NCBI RefSeq assembly: GCF_006345805.1
Contig: NC_042999.1
Span: 31,434,001 to 31,498,000 of the forward strand
Reading direction: 5' to 3'
Source: Octopus sinensis
Taxonomy: Eukaryota
Length of the DNA: 64,000 nt
Positions 54,636 to 64,000 of this stretch are shown piece after piece (position 1 is the first letter of the stretch; every line of letters starts with the position of its first letter). The position numbers and the translations under genes were made by a program. The notes beneath the pieces were generated by a model that ran no database searches, was not told the origin of the DNA, and saw only the letters and a list, made by a program, of their open reading frames with translations.

Positions 54636-55713
54636 GTCAGCAGTGGTGTCCCACAAGGCACTGTGTTGGGCCCACTCTCTTCATCATCTACATAAATGAT
54701 ATTACTGACACCATCAAACACAGCAACATCAGAACCTTCGCTGATGATTCCAAGCTCCAGAAGGTCATCAATGGCGTGGATGACCGAATAAACCTTCAGT
54801 CAGACCTACTGGCTGTTGTCCAATGGGCGGAAAAGAATAACATGTTGCTAAATGAAGACAAATTCGAACTGATCCACTTTGGAAGGGAGGACGCTCTGAA
54901 ACTCCCATACTCTCTTCCTTCTGGAGAAATTCTCATGGCATCCAACAACATCAGAGACCTGGGAGTAACAGTGGACAACAACATAAGCTGGGCTACACAT
55001 ATAAGCAGCAAAGTTGACATGGCCCGCAGAATGTGTTCCTGGATTCTCAGAACCTTCCAGTCGAGAGATTCCCACGCTATTATCCTTCTCTTCTCCACTT
55101 TTGCCGACCCCACCTTGAATACTGCTGTCCACTGTGGTCTCCCTACACAAAACAAAATATTATGAGAATTGAAGCTCCCCAAAGGTCAATCACAAAAAAG
55201 ATAGATGGCATGTCAGACCTTGACTACTGGGGTAGACTAGAGAAGCTGAAATTGTATTCACTCCAACGACGCCGTGAACGCTACATTATCTGTATGATGT
55301 GGAAAATATTCCATCAGCACGTCCGAATGATGTTGGCATCACCTTCAAAATGCATCCAAGGCTTGGACCACATGCCATCCGTCCACAACAAAAATCTAAA
55401 TCGCATCACATAACGACAATACGGCACAACTATTTCACCTCAATTGGACCCGCTCTCTTCAACATTACACCAGGACACGTCAAAAAAGAAACTGACCACA
55501 CAAAATTCAAGAAGTCTTTGGACAAATTCCTTCAAACAGTACCGGACAAACCACCCCACCCCCGATATGTCTCCGCAAACAATAACTCTCTGCTCGAATG
55601 GGCCTTGGTGCCCAAACCATCCTGAACTGAAAGACTTCGCCAGGTGGTGCTATTAAGTTAGACATGGCCTGGGCCAATACTGGCCAAAAACCTTTCTAAG
55701 TTATTCTAAGTTA
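54636..55713 (+). mobile_element. 5'-truncated CR1-group LINE (second family) inserted in a (TA)n tract
   Basis: SSGVPQGTVLGP, FADDSKL, LNEDKF, HLEYCCPLWSP, LYSLQRRRERY. Tail ttctaagtta x2. TA tracts on both sides. Confidence 0.9.
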
Positions 55714-55714
55714 T

Positions 55715-55789
55715 ATAATATACATTTATATATATAATATATACATTTATATACATATATAATATATATATACATATATATATAATATT

Positions 55790-55820
<31 letters not shown>

Positions 55821-55914
55821 CTGTAAATATATATATATATATTGTAAATATATATATATATATATTGTAAATATATATATAATATATATAGTAAATATAT
55901 ATATATATATGTAA

Positions 55915-55957
<43 letters not shown>

Positions 55958-55958
55958 T

Positions 55959-56036
<78 letters not shown>

Positions 56037-56038
56037 TG

Positions 56039-56072
<34 letters not shown>

Positions 56073-56073
56073 A

Positions 56074-56108
<35 letters not shown>

Positions 56109-56127
56109 CGTATATATATATATATTG

Positions 56128-56161
<34 letters not shown>

Positions 56162-56338
56162 TGTAAATATATATATATATATATATGTAAATATATATAT
56201 ATGTATATATATAATATATATAAATATTTACATATATATATATATATATGTAAATATATATATATATATATGTATGTAATATATATTATGTATGTAAATA
56301 TAAAATATATATATAGTATAAATATATATATATGTATG

Positions 56339-56389
<51 letters not shown>

Positions 56390-56450
56390 ATGTATATAAA
56401 TGTACATATTGTATATGTATGCATATGCACACACATATATATTATAAAAT
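55715..56450. repeat. Long (TA)n-based minisatellite with gtaaat/gtat interruptions
   Basis: Direct reading, ~730 bp. Confidence 0.95.
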
Positions 56451-56759
56451 AAGTTCCGGAAGAATATATAAAATACGTGCATATGTCTGTTGCATATATT
56501 TGTCGAGTGAAAACAATGCAAGTCATGTAGAATTAATAATGCAGCGCATTGGCTAGGATAAATGCCTGTTCTTTCAATATTTCATTAAATTTACTAAGAA
56601 AAAGTTCTCGACATATGGTGCCTTCGTTCTCTAGAGATTGTAAATAAATGGTTGCTCTGCATTGCTATAGTAGTCATTAAGCAACTTGCAATTCATACCT
56701 GATATTAATTCGCAGGTTGTAGTCATTAATTAAAATAGTTTCTCTAATTTAGAAGTTCC

Positions 56760-57005
56760 ACATGTGACTTTCGAAAGCTTCAGCAGAAAATTGTATATCT
56801 TAGGTGTGGCATTTACGTAGGTGGGTTTTAATATTTTTGACAGAAACATTACCAGTGAAGTTTTCGCTAACCTTTATGTGAATTACACTGATGTTAAGCC
56901 GGCATAGAATTCATTACAATTGATACACCCGATTTTGAACACCACGTAGTGCTGCAGATATGTATTTCCATCTCCGATCGGGCAGTTGGATAATGTACAT
57001 GAGGT
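56760..57005 (-). mobile_element. Penelope-type GIY-YIG endonuclease fragment
   Basis: Minus-strand frame reads ...HYVVFKIGCINCNEFYAGLTS, the VVYxIxCxxCxxxYIGxT signature. Confidence 0.6.
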
Positions 57006-57020
57006 AAAAATTATATATAC

Positions 57021-57079
<59 letters not shown>

Positions 57080-57214
57080 AGCTGAACACTAGGGTGGATG
57101 TGATCGACTTCTCCTCCCCTCAACATATCTGGCCTTGTACCAAAAATAGGAAAGAATTAATGGTTGCAGTTGTTGTAGTATTTTTCATAGCGACAGTAGT
57201 TGCAAGATAACGAA

Positions 57215-57385
57215 GAAAATGATGATGGTGATGACGATGTCGACGATGATGACGACGACGATGACGACGACGATAATCATGATGACGATCATGATGATAG
57301 TGATGACGTCAATGGTTATGAAGATGATGATGACGATGATCATGATGATGACGATGATCATTATCATGAATATTATCGTGTCATT
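57215..57385. repeat. (GAT/GAC)n degenerate trinucleotide tract
   Basis: Direct reading. Confidence 0.9.
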
Positions 57386-57889
57386 GAGGATGCGGAGGAA
57401 ATATGCCTTCAGAAGCAGAAGATAAAATTTAGCTGGATAGGACTGACGGTGATGATTATCATAACGAAGAGAAAAATTCAGAGTGGCGTAAGAAAATGAA
57501 GTATAGATTTATGACCATGATGGCACTAGTAGTTATTGTCAAGCTGGTTACGCTTTTGGTAGCGAGGGCGGTATTTGTGAATAAACGAGGGGGTTAGAAG
57601 AATCGTTATGGCGGAGTTTTTTTCTTCCAGCTCGTTAGGTTCCGAATTCAAATCTCGCTGAAGTTATCTTTGTCTTTTATCACTCGTTAGTCGAGAATGG
57701 AAGGTGCGATTCAAGTACAGCGTGGCGCAGAGAGGACGGACGTTCTTGAAAAATTCACAAAGTCATTAATTTTAGCTGCAAACAGATTTTATTGATATCA
57801 ATGTGTTCATATTGAATTATCATTTGTCAAAATTAAGTGTGGAAAAGAGCATCCATCATGTGATTTCCGTTTTCATTAATGAATATATG

Positions 57890-58342
57890 ATGGCGTTCTT
57901 GGAAGCTGGCCTCCACTCTCACCAGCATTGCTCTTTGCATAGTGCCATGGTTTCAACTGTTGCCCAATGACCAATTTATACGAATGGAAGTGCAAGTCTG
58001 CGTGCAAAATATGTCTTACCGATCAATTACCGATGCTAAGTTCACTGGAATGCCTCCTAGCAGAGGGATTAGGACTCCGTATCAACGCTTGTCTGATGCG
58101 TTCCACATTAAGCCGGGGTCCGTACTGTTCATGGCAAACTTCCACTGGTCGCCTGTTCATTAGTGTACCTCGTGCACGAAGTAGATTCACCCAAAATAAG
58201 ATTGTGTTAGGGTTCGAACAGCCTGATTTCGTTGAAATTTGAAGTGGTGCCGAAACCCACTCTGAAATGTTGTGATAGAATCACTATTCTTCACGTAACT
58301 GTCGAAGGCAAACACACAATGCTCTGACGTCCACAGCAGCAT
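57890..58342 (-). mobile_element. Tc1/mariner-superfamily transposase N-terminal relic (DUF4817-type HTH)
   Basis: MLLWTSEHCVFAFDSYVKNSDSITTFQSGFRHHF...TVRTP..VERIRQALIRSPNPSARRHSSELSI..SVRHILHADLHFHSYKL. Confidence 0.7.
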
Positions 58343-58769
58343 GGCTTCACCTAAAAAAAGCCAAGACACCACGGACTTAATGGTATTTGTTGGATGTATG
58401 CCATTCTACTAAGTAATATTTATTTCAAAAACCTCCGTTCACTCTACGCCACACTGTACCAGGGTCGATTTAATCAGCCAATCATCTTCCTCACAATTTA
58501 GGTTGTGCGCCTATATTAGAGAAGACGAAAATCGTGATAGGGATGACGATGGTTACTGAGAGTGGTCCAATATCACAAATTTCTCAAGACATTTTCAGTG
58601 ATTGACCATTTAGCCCAATATTTGCTAGTGGGATTCGAGCTCCCTGCAACAAATTTTAGAATAGCATCTACCCCATATGTTACAAGCTCAACCAATCTAC
58701 GTATTTCAGCAAAAATGTCAGGCCTTGTGCCTATAGTAGAAATGATTCGCCTTCTTTTGGCTGGGAGGG

Positions 58770-58995
58770 GCAGTGAATTTTTATTTGTCTAGTGGCTGTA
58801 GCGAAAGAGGTAGTATGGTGGACCCGTTTGATAGGGCTAAAGACAGACCCTTTCCTCTTTGGCCAAGCCCTCATCAACTATTTCAAGTTTCACTTGAAAA
58901 GGAAGTTGAGGGTGGAGAGGACAGTAATGCCTTCTGGCAAGTTTGTTGAAAGGTGGATGTGTTGGAAGACTGACCAGTGTGAAAAGACCAATTCT
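58770..58995 (+). mobile_element. Tx1/L1-like LINE ORF2 C-terminal fragment
   Basis: VAKEVVWWTRL...GQALINYFKFHLKRKLRVER..SGKFVERW. A related peptide lies at 63.8-63.9 kb; clade assignment is from recall. Confidence 0.5.
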
Positions 58996-59847
58996 GAGCG
59001 TGCACCTGTAAAAAAAAAACGATTTTAAGATAGGTTATACGTTTTTGATTTGATATTTAATTTTTAAATTGTATTTCATAAATATATTCTATAGATATTT
59101 ATAATATTTATGTAAGTAATAATGGACTAATATATTTATTTTTCGTTATATGTTTGTATATTTATTGATAGAGAAAATTTTAGATTTTTAATTATTATAT
59201 TTGTTGATTATAATTTAGATACTTATTTATATATATTTATTATTTTATAATTATTAGATGTGAACTTAAATCTAAAAATATTCATAGTGATTATTTTGTT
59301 AAATAATTTGATAATTAAATATTGGAGTATAACTGAGTTAAAGATATTCGATAGTTTATTATGTATTTTTAAAGCAAAATTTTATCTTCAAAGATAAATG
59401 CATATCTATGTATTTTTTACATTAAAAATTAAATATTTAACATAATAAATGTGTTGTAGGAAATAATCCTAATGTTTTAAGTTTCTAATTTAGTTAATGG
59501 AGGTTTTCTATAAGAAAAATTATTATTTTATTTATTTTCACATAAATACTGTTTAACTCTATTTGCTTATTTATTTAACAATTATCTGTAACCTGATGAT
59601 TAACTATAATTTAAAATCAAATGTATTTCAATTGAATTTAAACTTAATTGTAATTCGTAAACTTAATTGTAACCATGAAACATACGTAGTTTTTTTACTT
59701 ATTATATATTGATCATTCATTTTTATACTTTTTGAGATCTAGTGATAAGTTATACGTTTTATAAAAATATACCTTATTTGTTATTTACGTTTTGGTTTAT
59801 GTCTATCACTCTTTGAGTTGCATAATAGTGGTTTTATCTCTAATTTC

Positions 59848-59910
<63 letters not shown>

Positions 59911-60139
59911 TATATATATATATATTATATATACAATTTTGATTTATTTATAGATAGGCGGAGCTTGGCTGCGTAGTAAGAAACTAACTTCCCAACCACA
60001 TGGTTCTACATTCAGTCCCACTGCGTGGCTTTTGTGCAAGTGTCTTCAAATGTCGTCCCGAGCCGACCAAAACCTTGTGAATGGATTTGGCACACGGAAA
60101 CTGAAGGAAGCTCGATATATATATATATATATATATATA

Positions 60140-60430
60140 GTTGAATTTTACAGAAAGACAAAAGACAAAGGCAGGTCTATGAACAACAAAAAGGTGTATT
60201 AGTGACGCTCGTGAAAGTGAGAAAGTCTTTTATCCTTTCGAGCCTACGCTCTTCATCAGAAGGGAAGATGAGGAAATAGAGAGATAATAAAAGTGCTTCT
60301 GGATTTAGAGATCAAGCATGGCGACTGGTGGGAATAAAAGAACTAAGAGAATTAGAAAGAACAGTCCTAATAAAGTATTGGTGATCCCAAAATGTAGATG
60401 CGCGTGCGTGGTCTATCAGTATGCGAGAAT
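60140..60430 (-). mobile_element. Penelope-type terminal-repeat-like unit (copy 2)
   Basis: Both ends align with 50150-50352. Confidence 0.55.
60227..60264 (-). ncRNA. Minimal hammerhead-ribozyme-like motif
   Basis: CUGAUGA-A-GAGC(GUAG)GCUC-GAAA. Core and stem II intact; stem III region mutated (GGAUA). Confidence 0.45.
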
Positions 60431-60861
60431 ATGTAAGTATGCATGTGGGGGATAGAGACTGGAGACTTTGACGTGTAAATGTGTGTGTGTAAGAGCGTGC
60501 GCCTGTAATGTGCGGATGTGTAGATGTTGGTGTGTGGTGTGGGTGCTGGGAAGCGGTCAGTGCCAATGTATGTGGTGGTGGTGGTGTAGTTTGGGATGGG
60601 GGATGTGGAGGTGTGGGTATATATATAAATATGTGCGTGCGTGAATATTTGTGTATGTGTCCGTGTTTATCTCTCTTACCATCGCTTGGCAACCGATGTT
60701 GGTGATTTTATGTCCCCGTACCTTAGCAGTTCGGCAAAAGAGACCGATAAAATAGAGTACTAGGCTTACAAAAATAAGTCCTGGGGTCAATTTGTTCGAC
60801 CCAAAGTGGTGCTCTAGCATGACCGCAGTCAAATAACTGAAATAATTAAAAGAATAAAAGA

Positions 60862-60922
<61 letters not shown>

Positions 60923-61000
60923 AAATCAAATTGCGATAAAATAAAAATAATTATAATCGCTGGTATTACTAACACACATATATATATATATATATAACAA

Positions 61001-61290
61001 ATATAAGGGTAAATAATTATTAATTTAAAATTAATAAAATTTACCAATTAACTTCATTATGTAAAGAGAACCTTTATCGTTAGAAACTTTTACTTAAATA
61101 CTTTTTATATATAAATGTAATTAAAGGTTAAGCAACACGTTGCTTAACCACATACCGAAAATTTAGAAATAGCAGACAAAGATAGCTTATTCCTTAAGTA
61201 TTGTTATCTGTGGAGTAATATCTTTAAGTAAAAGGAATAAGATGTATTTGGCTGCTATTTCTAAATTTTCGGTATATGGTTTAACCCTTA
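61001..61290. mobile_element. Palindromic foldback element
   Basis: ~50-bp inverted arms accacataccgaaaatttagaaatagcag...cttattcctt (from 61147) and their revcomp ending at 61280. An 11-bp hairpin at 61126-61149. Outer taagggt/accctta ends. Confidence 0.7.
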
Positions 61291-62133
61291 ATTATATATA
61301 CATATATATATGAAGCGAGAGAGAGAAAGAGAGAGAGAGAGAAAAAAAAGAGAGAGAGTGAGAGCTGGAGAATAAGGGAGAGGGATGTGCGTAAATATGT
61401 CAGTATATAAGGAATAGAGCAGGACTTTTTCTGACACACTCTAAGAAATCTGTTGGCAGAAGAGATCGAAGAGATACGGAAAATGCAAACAATCGGAGGA
61501 AAATATAAGTACGTGTGTGTAGGCAACAAAGCCTGCTGTCTTCTTCACATGGGATCAGTGATTGATTTGGTAGTGTAGAACCAATCTGATGACAAAATGT
61601 TGGCAACTCCTATCTTTCAGGAAAAAACCATTATTTAGAATTTTATTTCTCTATCTTTTTTCTCTAACAACATTTTTGAATGGCATCCTTTCGTTATTCT
61701 TGTATATGACAAAGCGGTACATGCATGTAGATTGTAATTTGGTCGTTATTTTGATTAATTCTTGTCAAAACCTTTGCTTATTATTCTCTACATTTTATTG
61801 CGTGTTAATATATATTTTGTTTTGCATTTTCTATTTTCAGTTTATATGCTCGTTAATATAAATGTTTCATATCTTTCGTAGTGGTTTTGATTTCTGCCAT
61901 GTGACCATTCAGAGGGGCGATTCCGAGAAAAGGAAATTTTGTACTTTTTCAGTTAACATAGCATTGCAGAATACTGTGCAAATATTAAAACAAAGTCACT
62001 TTGTTGTCAAAGTGGACCACCGAAGCAGTTGAATACATTTACCTGTGTGAAATAAAATCTCTTTAACAAAATCTACTTCCTTCATGGAACATGACCTTAA
62101 ACTTATAAGGAGATGTCAGCTAATAATAATAAT

Positions 62134-63447
62134 AATGGTTTCAAATTTTGTTACAAGGGCAGCAATATTGGGGAGAAGGGAAGAAGTCTATTACATAAAA
62201 ACTAGTTTTGAACTTGTATTTATCTGAAAGGCAAAGGCAACCTTCGCGGAATTTGAACTCGAAACGTAGCGACAGGTGAAATACAGCTAAGCATTTTGTC
62301 CGGCCTGCTAACGTTTCTGCCAGATCACCGCTTTAATAATCATTATAATCCTCTCTACAAGAGACACAAAGCCTCAGATTTGTGGCGAAGCGACAAGTTG
62401 ATTACATCGACCCAAGTGATTCACTGGTACTTAATCTATCGTCCCCGAAAGGATGAAAGACAAAGTCAACCCCGGTGGTGTTTGAACACAGAACGTAAAG
62501 ATGAACGAAATACCGCTAAACATTTTGCCCGTCATGCTAATGATTCTGCTAGCTCGCTAAAGTAATAATAATAATACTAATACTAATAATAATACGCTAA
62601 GCATTTCGCCCGGCGTGCCGGATTCTTTCAGATTGCCGTCTTAATAATAATAATCCTTTCTACTTTTGGCACAAGGCCACCATAATAATGATAATAATAA
62701 TAATAATAATGATAATAATAATACATTATATTTCAGGCACATGGCTTAAAATTTGGAGTTTGGGATTTCAACAATTACAACGGGATAGTGGACTTACATG
62801 GAATTTTTATTCAGAAAAGTAAACCCAAAAGCTCCACCAAGTATTTTGCCCGGCGCGGAAACGATTCAAACTGTTCGTCGTCCTTAGTAATATATTTTTG
62901 CTTTCTACAATAGACGCAAGACATGGAATTTGTGAATGTGTGTTAGTCGATTTCATTGTCTTCAGAGCTCAACTGGTAAGTATATGATCGGCCCCGAAAG
63001 AACGAAAGGCAATTCGATTTGGGTGGAGTTTGAGCTCGAAAATTAAGACCTGAAGCAATGCTGCTTAAAACATTGTCTATCATGCTGATGATTGATAATT
63101 TAAAATTTGGCTACATGTCCAGCGATTCTAAGGGAAATGCATTAGTTCTAAGGAAAATGCATTAGTCTTTCACCGCCCCCTCACATCGTTGAACCAGTAT
63201 TTATTTTATTGACTACGAAAGAAATATTGGTAGTATTCTTTTCTAATCTAGGCAAAAGGCCCCATATTTTTGGGGAGGAGGCTTGTCGATTAGATCGACC
63301 CCTGTACGTAACTAGTCCTCAATTTATCGCCCCGAAAGGATGAAAGGCAAAGTTGACATCAGCGGAATTTGAACTCAGAACTTAAAAACAGACGAAATAC
63401 CCTAAGCATTTCGCCCGGCGTGCTACAGTCTCTGCCAGCTCGCCGCC
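62134..63447 (-). mobile_element. Cluster of about 7-8 whole and partial family-B SINEs, all on the minus strand, separated by (AAT)n
   Basis: Near-complete copies at ~62134-62331, ~62345-62558 and ~63240-63447, plus head and tail fragments between them. Confidence 0.85.
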
Positions 63448-63551
63448 TTTAAGAATGGTAATTTTAACTTCAGTACCACTTCAAATCAAAACGCAGATGC
63501 TGAAAATTACTACCATACCTACTACTACTACTTCTGATAATGATGATGATC

Positions 63552-63960
63552 TTTTTTATTGGTAAGAAGGGCCGAACACAACACAAATAGGGATGATACA
63601 CACGAGGGACATATAGGCTTAAGCACAATATTGGTGAGCCAAATAAATAACAAAATCTGTTAGTAGCAAAATTTAAAGAATAAAAACAATGAAATTACCC
63701 CTAAGGGGAGACGCTCTTCAGGGTTAACCAAGTACCTCCACAAAGTTTGGTTATCCTGTCCACCAACAACACTCCAGGCTGGCATCTCACACTTCTCGGC
63801 ACTTCAGGCCTACAAACGCTTGTTCACGGTGGGCCCGTTTACCAGGGTCATTCTTGCCGCTTTCGCCCGCCTTTTAACAAAATTTCTAGAGACCAGTACT
63901 TCCCTTTGTACCCTCACTATCCATTTCAAGGGAAACTAAAAAGATTCGGGGGGTTCTTAA
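63552..63960 (-). mobile_element. Tx1/L1-like LINE 3' end with 3' UTR
   Basis: Minus frame reads FPLKWIVRVQREVLVSRNFVKRRAKAARM, related to 58770-58995; ends in aataaaaaa. Confidence 0.5.
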
Positions 63961-64000
63961 CGTTTGATTTCAGAACTGGAAAACATATAAAACAAAAAAA

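Larger units (their letters stand above)
59955..60862 (+). mobile_element. SINE family A split by an insertion in its internal microsatellite
   Basis: Head 59955-60115 and tail 60640-60862 are colinear with family A; the PLE-terminal unit lies between them. Confidence 0.8.

Noticed and set aside
59030-59830. Extremely AT-rich block considered as a mitochondrial insertion (NUMT)
   Set aside because: No recognisable mitochondrial rRNA, tRNA or protein motifs.

Overview
AT-rich, repeat-saturated animal nuclear DNA. The SINE/LINE/mariner repertoire and the dense (TA)n/(CA)n/(GA)n tracts look like an octopus (cephalopod) genome, which is an inference from repeat recognition. There is one 100-N scaffold gap (24421-24520). 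I find no intact protein-coding gene, rRNA, true tRNA gene or CRISPR array; almost all long ORFs in the track are microsatellite artefacts or transposon fragments. The window is a transposon graveyard. It holds three tRNA-headed SINE families, CR1-group, RTE, Tx1-like and Penelope-like retroelements, four Tc1/mariner relics, hAT relics and foldback elements. The most interesting signals are: (1) a minimal hammerhead-ribozyme-like motif in a twice-present Penelope-type terminal repeat; (2) a covarying 3' stem-loop shared by a SINE and two CR1-group LINEs; (3) an RTE LINE whose ORF ends in three tandem C2H2 zinc fingers; (4) a Penelope element with an inverted copy of its own 3' end; (5) decayed intronless coding relics, including a probable GPCR pseudogene and an unidentified ~2.6-kb frame. 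All alignments and counts were done by eye; no database was searched.
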